From NCBI GenBank assembly GCA_964016885.1, contig OZ024753.1:46934001-46998000 (forward strand): 64,000 bases of DNA, given 5' to 3'. This document shows positions 36,416-51,955 of the stretch, in pieces. Numbering within the stretch: position 1 is the stretch's first letter; every line of letters begins with the position of its first letter. The notes beneath the pieces are model-generated. The model was not told the origin of the DNA and did not search any database. It was given only the letters and a program-made list of their open reading frames with translations. A program made the translations under genes and the position numbers. This DNA is from Eledone cirrhosa (taxonomy: Eukaryota).

Positions 36416-38616
36416 ACGTATATATATTTATTTTAAGAAACCTTAATGACAAATAATATAAAGTGTTTGTAAAGTGGGGAAGAGTAGTTTTACGGTGGGG
36501 TTGTTATATAGATATCGTTTTTGCAGTGGGGTCGTGACTGGCGTATAATAATGAGTCACTGTTGATGTATATACAAATCATGTTTTGGATATAAGTGAAG
36601 TTATTTAAGAGATTTAGTTGTTTTGTATACATTCATAACGGTACGCGATGGGACCCACCCACAGCCCCGGCGGACAGAATGGAGAAGGCGTTTCCCCGGA
36701 GCACGGCAAGGGAGACGCGCTGGAAAAGCCACTCCAACTCGCGGGGCTCACACCTGCGGCTGGCCAGCTCAGCGCCTATGGTGGTGAGTAAGGAGGTAGC
36801 CCTGGGGCCGAGGACACCAGAAGTCTCCACTTCCAGGGGTACGACCGCAAACCTGTCGGAGAGTGAACGATATGTGAGGAGTTTGGCCCCCTCAGCCTGA
36901 CGTGCAGCAGAACCTGGGCCAGTCGCAGACTGCACCAGGTTGCGGCTGCAGAAAGTGTCGGTGCAAGTGGCATCCCAGACGAGGGGTTTGCCACCGCGGA
37001 ACGGGAAGATGGTCATGCCATCTAGCCTTTTGCCGTCCCCTCGAGCTGGGAAGGGAAGCCTGCAGCGTCCAAGCCATGCTTAATGACTTCGTTGAGGGCA
37101 GCATGGCGTGGATTGCGGGTGGAGGCCGAAAGAGTCCATGGTGGAACGGCAGCGACATTGGTGTGAGGCCGAGCCTCAGGGAAACGCCGATGCGCAAGCT
37201 ATTGTTGTCTAGCTGCGTGCGAGTGGAGAAGGAGGGCAGGGCATGGAGCCAGGCCCCACTGTGGGGTTTGGAGGCTGCACGAAAACAAACAAGGCGGTGC
37301 TGGTCGAGCTGGCACGTGAGCCTGTCTGAGGCCAGGCTGCACTGGATGGCATCCCAAGTGTGTTGGGGGGGACTTGACGTCAACAGGGGGAGAAGGAGGA
37401 GGAACGTCTACTGGGCTAAGTCCCAGCCGGTGCCACGTCTCACAGGCGGCCACGCGTTCTCTGAACACAGAGGGTTCTGTTGTGTTTTGAAGAACCCTGC
37501 TGAAGAGGACGTGGTACGAGGTTACCGACGAAAGATATGCCGGCAAAGCTAGTGAGATCGGGGACTGGAGGCGAAGGCCGCCATACCTGACAGGTAAAGT
37601 TGCATATCTCATCGGCTGCTGCTCGGATACAAGTTTAGGTGTAGCACAGAGTGTATAGAGGAGCTTCGGCATGGCGTAGCAGTTCCTCAGCAGAAAGAGA
37701 ACTGGGTGGCCATCAATCAAGCCCAGTCGGCTCGTGAGAGTCTGGACTTGATGGAGGAGCGGATGGCCGGCGGGTGGATCGGTGAGGGCATCCTCTTTGG
37801 GGGGTCACCTGAACCTGGCGGAGAATGGACCGCACGTCCAAGACGGAGACTGCAAAGCTTGCAGCATCGAGGCTGACATTCACCACCTCCGACTTGGCTG
37901 AGTTGACCTGGAGGTCGATTCCCGCCAGGGCAGGAACCACCGATTGAAGGTCATGGCAGACCGCCTGTACGGGCCCACCCAAAGTAGCATCATCCAGATA
38001 CCAAACGTTGAGAGGGGCCGTTATACTCCAGGCGATGTGGTCAATACCAAGGGTGAACAGGAGGGGTCCCAAAGGGTTGCCCTGTTGGATCCCAGTAGCC
38101 AAGGGTATGACCGTATCAGCAGCATGGCGCATGCTTGGGGCTCCATATGACAGGTAGGCAGAGGGGGCTCGGCTGAGGCAGGCCTCGAGCAGATGATCCC
38201 AGCGTAAAGAGTTGAAGGCATTCCTCATGTCAAACTTGACAATGAGGTGGCTGGAGGCCCTGGATGCCGGTTCCGAGTGTTACGGACTTGCAGATTACCT
38301 TGGCAGCCAGCCTCCGGAAGACATTGCCCACAGCAATGGGGCGTATGCCATCCTCTTTCTTCCTGAGAGCGGTGAGGCTGGCCGAAAAAAAGAGGCCTCG
38401 AGCATAAGAGTCCAGGGCGCCATGGATGAGCCTATTGGTGAGCGCCACAATTGCACTCAGAAGGCGGCGCCCGGCCTCAGCGGAGAGGGGAGATATCAAC
38501 TCCTTGAGGAGGCCTGGTCAGAGACCATCAACATCTCCGCAGCTGCTAGCTGGGAAGGACCTGATGGCGGACATGATGTCTGCATCAGAAGCCACAAGGA
38601 GCAAGTGTGGATTACA
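36416..38616 (-). mobile_element. CRE-clade retrotransposon remnant, copy 6
   Basis: Same ORF fragments; shares two SNPs with copies 1 and 10. Confidence 0.88.
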
Positions 38617-39256
38617 ATACAAAACCTCTGAGAATGATTTCTAAGATATTTCACCATAATTAATTTTCATCAATATATATTAATATTATTATTGTTTATT
38701 AGGTCAGGTGGATTGGCCAGAACAATTCTACTCTTCTTTTTTAGATGTCACGATTTTTCATGGCATTCCTGAGATCATTAATCTCCAGCTGGAGATCCAG
38801 AGACATCTGATGTATGTAGGTGAACCTCAGTCATCCCACTTGGCTCTTACTATGTTTAGGTATCCACCACAGGAGCCAGCTCATCAGGTCATCCTACCCT
38901 CAGCAGCAATGTCCAGCATCTATTGATTTCCGCTCCCTAGTTATTGTGGTAATCTTCGATATCTGGGAATATATTTCTTCTGCTTAAGGGAGTAATAAAT
39001 ATATAGTTTAAAAAAAAACATATATATACACACACATATATATATGTTGTCATTTATAAGAGTTCTCTATCAAAAGCCTTCTCTATGTCCAAAGCTAAGT
39101 ATAGTGGCTTATTTTTCTCTAAGAACCTCTTTTGTAGTTGTCTCACTAAGAAGAGGGCATCTGTTGCACTTTTCAGCGGCACAAAACCAAACTGCATCTC
39201 ATACACATACATACATATACATACATACATACATACATATACACATACATACATAC

Positions 39257-39610
39257 ATCATCATCATCATCATCATCATCATTTCGTTTTAAGTCCGCTT
39301 TTTCCCTGCTTGTAAGGGTGGGACGGGAACTGATTCTGGCTTGATTTCTACAGCTGGATGCCCTTCCTAACACCAACCTCATTTACAGTGAGTGCTGAGT
39401 GCTTTTTTGCCGTGGCACCTCCACGACCACTTTGCAGTGGAATGATATGGACCCCAGTCCCTATCATCTCATTTCTACAGCTGAGTAAACTGGAGCAATG
39501 TGAAATAAAGTGTCTTGCTCAAGGAAACAACACATCACCCGGTCTGAGAATTGAACTCACAACTTTTCGATTGCCAGGCCAATGCTCGAACCACTAAGCC
39601 ATGTGCCTCC
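39257..39610 (-). mobile_element. tRNA-derived CORE-type SINE
   Basis: Copy of 11776-12129. Confidence 0.85.
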
Positions 39611-40095
39611 ATATACATATACATATACATATACATACACATACATACATATATATATACATACATACATATATACACATACATACATACACATACATAC
39701 ACATATACATACATATACATACATAGATATATATATATACATAATATAAATATACATACATACACATACATAAGCATATACACATAAGTATATATACATA
39801 TACACACGTATATATACATATACATACATACATATATACACATACATACATATATACATACATACACACATATATACATATACACATACATACATATACA
39901 TACATATACACATACATACATATATATATATACATACACACACATATATACATACACACACATATATACAAACACATACATATACACATATATACACATA
40001 CATACACATACATATACATACATATACACATATACACTCATATATACATATACATACATACACACACATACATACATATATACATATACATACAT

Positions 40096-40644
40096 AAAGA
40101 CAAATCCACCTCATGGACGAGAATGCAAGGGCTCCTCCTCTTTGTTTCGGCCGCGGATGGCTAACCCTAACCCCATCCCCGCTCCCCACCGCTCCCAACC
40201 TCCAAACGCAATCCAAAACTTCAGAGTTGGTACCATTAATGTAGGCACCTTATAGGGTGGCTCTAACGAGGTTGTAGAAATGCTTGAACGTAAGGAGGTC
40301 GATGTTTGTTGTATTCAAGAGACCAGGTGGAGGGGTGGGTCTGCTAGATTCATCGTGGGTAAAGAACGATGCTATAAGCTTTTCTGTGTGGCAAATGACA
40401 ATGGGCTGGGTATACACATACCACCCCACCATCCCACCGCAAAGTGGTCGTGGAGGCGCCGCGGCAAAAAAGCACCCAGCCCACACTGTAAAGCTGACGT
40501 GGAGGTGCCACGGAAAAAAAAAAGCACCCAGCACTCACTGCAAACGGGGTTGGCGTCAGGAAGGGCACCCAGCTGTGGAAACCAATCCAGAATCAGCTCC
40601 CACCCCACCCTTGCAAGCATGGAAAAGCGGACGTATGATGAAGT

Positions 40645-40646
<2 letters not shown>
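40096..40646 (+). mobile_element. Internally deleted RTE element
   Basis: Copy of 12615-13165. Confidence 0.82.
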
Positions 40647-40689
<43 letters not shown>

Positions 40690-41256
40690 TATATATATAC
40701 ACATATATATATACACACATATATATCAGTGTACATATATATATACATATATATATATATATAAATGAATATTTATTCAATTTAAAGCGCCAATTATCTA
40801 TATATAACAAGATATGAATTTTTCTAGGGATGGGGGAAATTTTCAGTTTGTTTTTATATTTTCACTTCATTTTTTACTTTCTATTTAATACAGTCTTTGA
40901 TCCAATATAATCCTGACAGTATTTGAACCAGTTTACCTCATATATATGTATGCACACACAACACTCAAGTTTCGCCATCTACTGCTATTTCATTCATATT
41001 TATTGTTTAATTAACTCTGGTCTAATTCATCAACTATTGTTAATTATATTATTACGTAGATTTCTTATAAAATCTAGTGCATATATACGTGTATATATAC
41101 AGGGAGACACTGTAATAGATGTAAAGAGAGTGGGAGATAGAGTTATAGAAGTAAAGAGAGGGGGAGAAATAAGCGGTAGATAGAGTAATAGATGTAAAGA
41201 GAGGGTTAGAACGTTCAACTTGACAGTCAGTACAATGTTCAGCATGGTAGCCAGTA

Positions 41257-41328
41257 CATATGCCAACTACCCAACCGGCCAGCCAGCCGCATATGCGGTT
41301 GACTGGCCAGTTGGGCGGTTGGTATGTG
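41257..41328. repeat. 72-bp palindrome
   Basis: Copy of 13774-13845. Confidence 0.9.
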
Positions 41329-41459
41329 GAACGTTCAACTACGCAGTCAGTACCAAAGTTCAACATTGTAGCCAGTGCATATGCCGATCGCCGCGCCCTC
41401 TTTGCTCTATTTAAATGACCTGGAACTAAGTAAAAAGAGTAGGAGATAACTCGACAAGA

Positions 41460-41544
41460 GCGGAGAGGTTGAGATTCGAACCATGTAAAGTCGTTGGCTC
41501 CTGAAGTTCGTAAGCGGGGCTGCTACTGACTGAGCAGCGCCGGC
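41460..41544 (-). ncRNA. tRNA-like Pol III-type element, S1 variant
   Basis: Copy of 13977-14061. Confidence 0.45.
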
Positions 41545-42322
41545 AGCAAGTCAAATCGCGCATAAAATATGGCTTATATCGACAAAAAAAAAAAAAAAAT
41601 TTCAATGTTGCACTCTTGTTTGTTGTTCTTTTATTTTACGTAAACATTTCGCTGCTCTAGCCTCTTATTTCCTATTAGATTACACTTAATTCCATTAAAC
41701 ATTCATTCTTAGTCTCGTGGTAAACTATTTCATCTATATTTATATCGCTGTTACAGCCTTTTATTTCTACATCTATCACCTATAGCCACTGTTACGCCGG
41801 TAGTATAAGTAGCTTTATAACAAGAAACGATGATATAACTCCACAAAATGTCTTCTTGAGCAAGACACTTCACTTCATATTGCTCCAGTACACCGAGTTA
41901 CACATAGACAGATACATACATACATACACAGATAGAAATGAGAGGTAGATAGAGTAAAAGATTTAAAGAGAGTGTGAGAAGTACGAGTTAGATAATGTAA
42001 AAGATTTAAAGAGAGGGTGAGAGTGTGACACACATTTATCTGTCTATCTCTCTCTATTTTAACACCGGTCGTTATAATTAGTTTTATAACACCGCTATAT
42101 TACCGACATGAAAGAGGTAAATAATTATTTCTTAAATGTTTAGAACATGTTTCTCTTGTCTTCTTAAATGTATAGAACATGTTTCTTATTTATATTCTTA
42201 ACATAGCTAGGACCTTATCTCATTTACTGGTCTCTACTTTTAGGACTTTGCTGGTCCCATGTGCCCTCCATGAAGACACACTCGCCCCTTCTCTCTCAGT
42301 CTCCGTACTAATTACTACACAT

Positions 42323-44523
42323 ACGTATATATATTTATTTTAAGAAACCTTAATGACAAATAATATAAAGTGTTTGTAAAGTGGGGAAGAGTAGTTTTAC
42401 GGTGGGGTTGTTATATAGATATCGTTTTTGCAGTGGGGTCGTGACTGGCGTATAATAATGAGTCACTGTTGATGTATATACAAATCATGTTTTGGATATA
42501 AGTGAAGTTATTTAAGAGATTTAGTTGTTTTGTATACATTCATAACGGTACGCGATGGGACCCACCCACAGCCCCGGCGGACAGAATGGAGAAGGCGTTT
42601 CCCCGGAGCACGGCAAGGGAGACGCGCTGGAAAAGCCACTCCAACTCGCGGGGCTCACACCTGCGGCTGGCCAGCTCAGCGCCTATGGTGGTGAGTAAGG
42701 AGGTAGCCCTGGGGCCGAGGACACCAGAAGTCTCCACTTCCAGGGGTACGACCGCAAACCTGTCGGAGAGTGAACGATATGTGAGGAGTTTGGCCCCCTC
42801 AGCCTGACGTGCAGCAGAACCTGGGCCAGTCGCAGACTGCACCAGGTTGCGGCTGCAGAAAGTGTCGGTGCAAGTGGCATCCCAGACGAGGGGTTTGCCA
42901 CCGCGGAACGGGAAGATGGTCATGCCATCTAGCCTTTTGCCGTCCCCTCGAGCTGGGAAGGGAAGCCTGCAGCGTCCAAGCCATGCTTAATGACTTCGTT
43001 GAGGGCAGCATGGCGTGGATTGCGGGTGGAGGCCGAAAGAGTCCATGGTGGAACGGCAGCGACATTGGTGTGAGGCCGAGCCTCAGGGAAACGCCGATGC
43101 GCAAGCTATTGTTGTCTAGCTGCGTGCGAGTGGAGAAGGAGGGCAGGGCATGGAGCCAGGCCCCACTGTGGGGTTTGGAGGCTGCACGAAAACAAACAAG
43201 GCGGTGCTGGTCGAGCTGGCACGTGAGCCTGTCTGAGGCCAGGCTGCACTGGATGGCATCCCAAGTGTGTTGGGCGGGACTTGACGTCAACAGGGGGAGA
43301 AGGAGGAGGAACGTCTACTGGGCTAAGTCCCAGCCGGTGCCACGTCTCACAGGCGGCCAGGCGTTCTCTGAACACAGAGGGTTCTGTTGTGTTTTGAAGA
43401 ACCCTGCTGAAGAGGACGTGGTACGAGGTTACCGACGAAAGATATGCCGGCAAAGCTAGTGAGATCGGGGACTGGAGGCGAAGGCCGCCATACCTGACAG
43501 GTAAAGTTGCATATCTCATCGGCTGCTGCTCGGATACAAGTTTAGGTGTAGCACAGAGTGTATAGAGGAGCTTCGGCATGGCGTAGCAGTTCCTCAGCAG
43601 AAAGAGAACTGGGTGGCCATCAATCAAGCCCAGTCGGCTCGTGAGAGTCTGGACTTGATGGAGGAGCGGATGGCCGGCGGGTGGATCGGTGAGGGCATCC
43701 TCTTTGGGGGGTCACCTGAACCTGGCGGAGAATGGACCGCACGTCCAAGACGGAGACTGCAAAGCTTGCAGCATCGAGGCTGACATTCACCACCTCCGAC
43801 TTGGCTGAGTTGACCTGGAGGTCGATTCCCGCCAGGGCAGGAACCACCGATTGAAGGTCATGGCAGACCGCCTGTACGGGCCCACCCAAAGTAGCATCAT
43901 CCAGATACCAAACGTTGAGAGGGGCCGTTATACTCCAGGCGATGTGGTCAATACCAAGGGTGAACAGGAGGGGTCCCAAAGGGTTGCCCTGTTGGATCCC
44001 AGTAGCCAAGGGTATGACCGTATCAGCAGCATGGCGCATGCTTGGGGCTCCATATGACAGGTAGGCAGAGGGGGCTCGGCTGAGGCAGGCCTCGAGCAGA
44101 TGATCCCAGCGTAAAGAGTTGAAGGCATTCCTCATGTCAAACTTGACAATGAGGTGGCTGGAGGCCCTGGATGCCGGTTCCGAGTGTTACGGACTTGCAG
44201 ATTACCTTGGCAGCCAGCCTCCGGAAGACATTGCCCACAGCAATGGGGCGTATGCCATCCTCTTTCTTCCTGAGAGCGGTGAGGCTGGCCGAAAAAAAGA
44301 GGCCTCGAGCATAAGAGTCCAGGGCGCCATGGATGAGCCTATTGGTGAGCGCCACAATTGCACTCAGAAGGCGGCGCCCGGCCTCAGCGGAGAGGGGAGA
44401 TATCAACTCCTTGAGGAGGCCTGGTCAGAGACCATCAACATCTCCGCAGCTGCTAGCTGGGAAGGACCTGATGGCGGACATGATGTCTGCATCAGAAGCC
44501 ACAAGGAGCAAGTGTGGATTACA
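42323..44523 (-). mobile_element. CRE-clade retrotransposon remnant, copy 7
   Basis: Same ORF fragments. Confidence 0.88.
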
Positions 44524-45163
44524 ATACAAAACCTCTGAGAATGATTTCTAAGATATTTCACCATAATTAATTTTCATCAATATATATTAATATTATTATT
44601 GTTTATTAGGTCAGGTGGATTGGCCAGAACAATTCTACTCTTCTTTTTTAGATGTCACGATTTTTCATGGCATTCCTGAGATCATTAATCTCCAGCTGGA
44701 GATCCAGAGACATCTGATGTATGTAGGTGAACCTCAGTCATCCCACTTGGCTCTTACTATGTTTAGGTATCCACCACAGGAGCCAGCTCATCAGGTCATC
44801 CTACCCTCAGCAGCAATGTCCAGCATCTATTGATTTCCGCTCCCTAGTTATTGTGGTAATCTTCGATATCTGGGAATATATTTCTTCTGCTTAAGGGAGT
44901 AATAAATATATAGTTTAAAAAAAAACATATATATACACACACATATATATATGTTGTCATTTATAAGAGTTCTCTATCAAAAGCCTTCTCTATGTCCAAA
45001 GCTAAGTATAGTGGCTTATTTTTCTCTAAGAACCTCTTTTGTAGTTGTCTCACTAAGAAGAGGGCATCTGTTGCACTTTTCAGCGGCACAAAACCAAACT
45101 GCATCTCATACACATACATACATATACATACATACATACATACATATACACATACATACATAC

Positions 45164-45517
45164 ATCATCATCATCATCATCATCATCATTTCGTTTTAAG
45201 TCCGCTTTTTCCCTGCTTGTAAGGGTGGGACGGGAACTGATTCTGGCTTGATTTCTAGAGCTGGATGCCCTTCCTAACACCAACCTCATTTACAGTGAGT
45301 GCTGAGTGCTTTTTTGCCGTGGCACCTCCACGACCACTTTGCAGTGGAATGATATGGACCCCAGTCCCTATCATCTCATTTCTACAGCTGAGTAAACTGG
45401 AGCAATGTGAAATAAAGTGTCTTGCTCAAGGAAACAACACATCACCCGGTCTGAGAATTGAACTCACAACTTTTCAATTGCCAGGCCAATGCTCGAACCA
45501 CTAAGCCATGTGCCTCC
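45164..45517 (-). mobile_element. tRNA-derived CORE-type SINE
   Basis: Copy of 11776-12129. Confidence 0.85.
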
Positions 45518-46026
45518 ATATACATATACATATACATATACATACACATACATATACATACATATATATATACATACATACATATATACACATACATACA
45601 TACACATACATACACATATACATACATATACATACATAGATATATATATATACATAATATAAATATACATACATACACATACATAAGCATATACACATAA
45701 GTATATATACATATACACACGTGTATATACATATACATACATACATATATACACATACATACATATATACATACATACACACATATATACATATACACAT
45801 ACATACATATACATACATATACACATACATACATATATATATATACATACACACACATATATACATACACACACATATATACATACACACACATATATAC
45901 AAACACATACATATACACATATATACACATACATACACATACATATACATACATATACACATATACACTCATATATACATATACATACATACACACACAT
46001 ACATACATATATACATATACATACAT

Positions 46027-46575
46027 AAAGACAAATCCACCTCATGGACGAGAATGCAAGGGCTCCTCCTCTTTGTTTCGGCCGCGGATGGCTAACCCTA
46101 ACCCCATCCCCGCTCCCCACCGCTCCCAACCTCCAAACGCAATCCAAAACTTCAGAGTTGGTACCATTAATGTAGGCACCTTATAGGGTGGCTCTAACGA
46201 GGTTGTAGAAATGCTTGAACGTAAGGAGGTCGATGTTTGTTGTATTCAAGAGACCAGGTGGAGGGGTGGGTCTGCTAGATTCATCGTGGGTAAAGAACGA
46301 TGCTATAAGCTTTTCTGTGTGGCAAATGACAATGGGCTGGGTATACACATACCACCCCACCATCCCACCGCAAAGTGGTCGTGGAGGCGCCGCGGCAAAA
46401 AAGCACCCAGCCCACACTGTAAAGCTGACGTGGAGGTGCCACGGAAAAAAAAAAGCACCCAGCACTCACTGCAAACGGGGTTGGCGTCAGGAAGGGCACC
46501 CAGCTGTGGAAACCAATCCAGAATCAGCTCCCACCCCACCCTTGCAAGCATGGAAAAGCGGACGTATGATGAAGT

Positions 46576-46577
<2 letters not shown>
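46027..46577 (+). mobile_element. Internally deleted RTE element
   Basis: Copy of 12615-13165. Confidence 0.82.
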
Positions 46578-46618
<41 letters not shown>

Positions 46619-47185
46619 TATATATATACACATATATATATACACACATATATATCAGTGTACATATATATATACATATATATATATATATAAATGAATA
46701 TTTATTCAATTTAAAGCGCCAATTATCTATATATAACAAGATATGAATTTTTCTAGGGATGGGGGAAATTTTCAGTTTGTTTTTATATTTTCACTTCATT
46801 TTTTACTTTCTATTTAATACAGTCTTTGATCCAATATAATCCTGACAGTATTTGAACCAGTTTACCTCATATATATGTATGCACACACAACACTCAAGTT
46901 TCGCCATCTACTGCTATTTCATTCATATTTATTGTTTAATTAACTCTGGTCTAATTCATCAACTATTGTTAATTATATTATTACGTAGATTTCTTATAAA
47001 ATCTAGTGCATATATACGTGTATATATACAGGGAGACACTGTAATAGATGTAAAGAGAGTGGGAGATAGAGTTATAGAAGTAAAGAGAGGGGGAGAAATA
47101 AGCGGTAGATAGAGTAATAGATGTAAAGAGAGGGTTAGAACGTTCAACTTGACAGTCAGTACAATGTTCAGCATGGTAGCCAGTA

Positions 47186-47257
47186 CATATGCCAACTACC
47201 CAACCGGCCAGCCAGCCGCATATGCGGTTGACTGGCCAGTTGGGCGGTTGGTATGTG
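47186..47257. repeat. 72-bp palindrome
   Basis: Copy of 13774-13845. Confidence 0.9.
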
Positions 47258-47388
47258 GAACGTTCAACTACGCAGTCAGTACCAAAGTTCAACATTGTAG
47301 CCAGTGCATATGCCGATCGCCGCGCCCTCTTTGCTCTATTTTAATGACCTGGAACTAAGTAAAAAGAGTAGGAGATAACTCGACAAGA

Positions 47389-47473
47389 GCGGAGAGGGTG
47401 AGATTCGAACCATGCAAAGTCGTTGGCTCCTGAAGTTCGTAAGCGGGGCTGCTACTGACTGAGCAGCGCCGGC
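47389..47473 (-). ncRNA. tRNA-like Pol III-type element, S2 variant
   Basis: Copy of 25805-25889. Confidence 0.45.
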
Positions 47474-48251
47474 AGCAAGGCAAATCGCGCATAAAATAAC
47501 GCTTATATCGACAAAAAAAAAAAAAAAATTTCAATGTTGCACTCTTGTTTGTTGTTCTTTTATTTTACGTAAACATTTCGCTGCTCTAGCCTCTTATTTC
47601 CTATTAGATTACACTTAATTCCATTAAACATTCATTCTTAGTCTCGTGGTAAACTATTTCATCTATATTTATATCGCTGTTACAGCCTTTTATTTCTACA
47701 TCTATCACCTATAGCCACTGTTACGCCGGTAGTATAAGTAGCTTTATAACAAGAAACGATGATATAACTCCACAAAATGTCTTCTTGAGCAAGACACTTC
47801 ACTTCATATTGCTCCAGTACACCGAGTTACACATAGACAGATACATACATACATACACAGATAGAAATGAGAGGTAGATAGAGTAAAAGATTTAAAGAGA
47901 GTGTGAGAAGTACGAGTTAGATAATGTAAAAGATTTAAAGAGAGGGTGAGAGTGTGACACACATTTATCTGTCTATCTCTCTCTATTTTAACACCGGTCG
48001 TTATAATTAGTTTTATAACACCGCTATATTACCGACATGAAAGAGGTAAATAATTATTTCTTAAATGTTTAGAACATGTTTCTCTTGTCTTCTTAAATGT
48101 ATAGAACATGTTTCTTATTTATATTCTTAACATAGCTAGGACCTTATCTCATTTACTGGTCTCTACTTTTAGGACTTTGCTGGTCCCATGTGCCCTCCAT
48201 GAAGACACACTCGCCCCTTCTCTCTCAGTCTCCGTACTAATTACTACACAT

Positions 48252-50452
48252 ACGTATATATATTTATTTTAAGAAACCTTAATGACAAATAATATAAAGT
48301 GTTTGTAAAGTGGGGAAGAGTAGTTTTACGGTGGGGTTGTTATATAGATATCGTTTTTGCAGTGGGGTCGTGACTGGCGTATAATAATGAGTCACTGTTG
48401 ATGTATATACAAATCATGTTTTGGATATAAGTGAAGTTATTTAAGAGATTTAGTTGTTTTGTATACATTCATAACGGTACGCGATGGGACCCACCCACAG
48501 CCCCGGCGGACAGAATGGAGAAGGCGTTTCCCCGGAGCACGGCAAGGGAGACGCGCTGGAAAAGCCACTCCAACTCGCGGGGCTCACACCTGCGGCTGGC
48601 CAGCTCAGCGCCTATGGTGGTGAGTAAGGAGGTAGCCCTGGGGCCGAGGACACCAGAAGTCTCCACTTCCAGGGGTACGACCGCAAACCTGTCGGAGAGT
48701 GAACGATATGTGAGGAGTTTGGCCCCCTCAGCCTGACGTGCAGCAGAACCTGGGCCAGTCGCAGACTGCACCAGGTTGCGGCTGCAGAAAGTGTCGGTGC
48801 AAGTGGCATCCCAGACGAGGGGTTTGCCACCGCGGAACGGGAAGATGGTCATGCCATCTAGCCTTTTGCCGTCCCCTCGAGCTGGGAAGGGAAGCCTGCA
48901 GCGTCCAAGCCATGCTTAATGACTTCGTTGAGGGCAGCATGGCGTGGATTGCGGGTGGAGGCCGAAAGAGTCCATGGTGGAACGGCAGCGACATTGGTGT
49001 GAGGCCGAGCCTCAGGGAAACGCCGATGCGCAAGCTATTGTTGTCTAGCTGCGTGCGAGTGGAGAAGGAGGGCAGGGCATGGAGCCAGGCCCCACTGTGG
49101 GGTTTGGAGGCTGCACGAAAACAAACAAGGCGGTGCTGGTCGAGCTGGCACGTGAGCCTGTCTGAGGCCAGGCTGCACTGGATGGCATCCCAAGTGTGTT
49201 GGGCGGGACTTGACGTCAACAGGGGGAGAAGGAGGAGGAACGTCTACTGGGCTAAGTCCCAGCCGGTGCCACGTCTCACAGGCGGCCAGGCGTTCTCTGA
49301 ACACAGAGGGTTCTGTTGTGTTTTGAAGAACCCTGCTGAAGAGGACGTGGTACGAGGTTACCGACGAAAGATATGCCGGCAAAGCTAGTGAGATCGGGGA
49401 CTGGAGGCGAAGGCCGCCATACCTGACAGGTAAAGTTGCATATCTCATCGGCTGCTGCTCGGATACAAGTTTAGGTGTAGCACAGAGTGTATAGAGGAGC
49501 TTCGGCATGGCGTAGCAGTTCCTCAGCAGAAAGAGAACTGGGTGGCCATCAATCAAGCCCAGTCGGCTCGTGAGAGTCTGGACTTGATGGAGGAGCGGAT
49601 GGCCGGCGGGTGGATCGGTGAGGGCATCCTCTTTGGGGGGTCACCTGAACCTGGCGGAGAATGGACCGCACGTCCAAGACGGAGACTGCAAAGCTTGCAG
49701 CATCGAGGCTGACATTCACCACCTCCGACTTGGCTGAGTTGACCTGGAGGTCGATTCCCGCCAGGGCAGGAACCACCGATTGAAGGTCATGGCAGACCGC
49801 CTGTACGGGCCCACCCAAAGTAGCATCATCCAGATACCAAACGTTGAGAGGGGCCGTTATACTCCAGGCGATGTGGTCAATACCAAGGGTGAACAGGAGG
49901 GGTCCCAAAGGGTTGCCCTGTTGGATCCCAGTAGCCAAGGGTATGACCGTATCAGCAGCATGGCGCATGCTTGGGGCTCCATATGACAGGTAGGCAGAGG
50001 GGGCTCGGCTGAGGCAGGCCTCGAGCAGATGATCCCAGCGTAAAGAGTTGAAGGCATTCCTCATGTCAAACTTGACAATGAGGTGGCTGGAGGCCCTGGA
50101 TGCCGGTTCCGAGTGTTACGGACTTGCAGATTACCTTGGCAGCCAGCCTCCGGAAGACATTGCCCACAGCAATGGGGCGTATGCCATCCTCTTTCTTCCT
50201 GAGAGCGGTGAGGCTGGCCGAAAAAAAGAGGCCTCGAGCATAAGAGTCCAGGGCGCCATGGATGAGCCTATTGGTGAGCGCCACAATTGCACTCAGAAGG
50301 CGGCGCCCGGCCTCAGCGGAGAGGGGAGATATCAACTCCTTGAGGAGGCCTGGTCAGAGACCATCAACATCTCCGCAGCTGCTAGCTGGGAAGGACCTGA
50401 TGGCGGACATGATGTCTGCATCAGAAGCCACAAGGAGCAAGTGTGGATTACA
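48252..50452 (-). mobile_element. CRE-clade retrotransposon remnant, copy 8
   Basis: Same ORF fragments. Confidence 0.88.
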
Positions 50453-51092
50453 ATACAAAACCTCTGAGAATGATTTCTAAGATATTTCACCATAATTAAT
50501 TTTCATCAATATATATTAATATTATTATTGTTTATTAGGTCAGGTGGATTGGCCAGAACAATTCTACTCTTCTTTTTTAGATGTCACGATTTTTCATGGC
50601 ATTCCTGAGATCATTAATCTCCAGCTGGAGATCCAGAGACATCTGATGTATGTAGGTGAACCTCAGTCATCCCACTTGGCTCTTACTATGTTTAGGTATC
50701 CACCACAGGAGCCAGCTCATCAGGTCATCCTACCCTCAGCAGCAATGTCCAGCATCTATTGATTTCCGCTCCCTAGTTATTGTGGTAATCTTCGATATCT
50801 GGGAATATATTTCTTCTGCTTAAGGGAGTAATAAATATATAGTTTAAAAAAAAACATATATATACACACACATATATATATGTTGTCATTTATAAGAGTT
50901 CTCTATCAAAAGCCTTCTCTATGTCCAAAGCTAAGTATAGTGGCTTATTTTTCTCTAAGAACCTCTTTTGTAGTTGTCTCACTAAGAAGAGGGCATCTGT
51001 TGCACTTTTCAGCGGCACAAAACCAAACTGCATCTCATACACATACATACATATACATACATACATACATACATATACACATACATACATAC

Positions 51093-51446
51093 ATCATCAT
51101 CATCATCATCATCATCATTTCGTTTTAAGTCCGCTTTTTCCCTGCTTGTAAGGGTGGGACGGGAACTGATTCTGGCTTGATTTCTACAGCTGGATGCCCT
51201 TCCTAACACCAACCTCATTTACAGTGAGTGCTGAGTGCTTTTTTGCCGTGGCACCTCCACGACCACTTTGCAGTGGAATGATATGGACCCCAGTCCCTAT
51301 CATCTCATTTCTACAGCTGAGTAAACTGGAGCAATGTGAAATAAAGTGTCTTGCTCAAGGAAACAACACATCACCCGGTCTGAGAATTGAACTCACAACT
51401 TTTCAATTGCCAGGCCAATGCTCGAACCACTAAGCCATGTGCCTCC
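51093..51446 (-). mobile_element. tRNA-derived CORE-type SINE
   Basis: Copy of 11776-12129. Confidence 0.85.
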
Positions 51447-51955
51447 ATATACATATACATATACATATACATACACATACATATACATACATATATATAT
51501 ACATACATACATATATACACATACATACATACACATACATACACATATACATACATATACATACATAGATATATATATATACATAATATAAATATACATA
51601 CATACACATACATAAGCATATACACATAAGTATATATACATATACACACGTGTATATACATATACATACATACATATATACACATACATACATATATACA
51701 TACATACACACATATATACATATACACATACATACATATACATACATATACACATACATACATATATATATATACATACACACACATATATACATACACA
51801 CACATATATACATACACACACATATATACAAACACATACATATACACATATATACACATACATACACATACATATACATACATATACACATATACACTCA
51901 TATATACATATACATACATACACACACATACATACATATATACATATACATACAT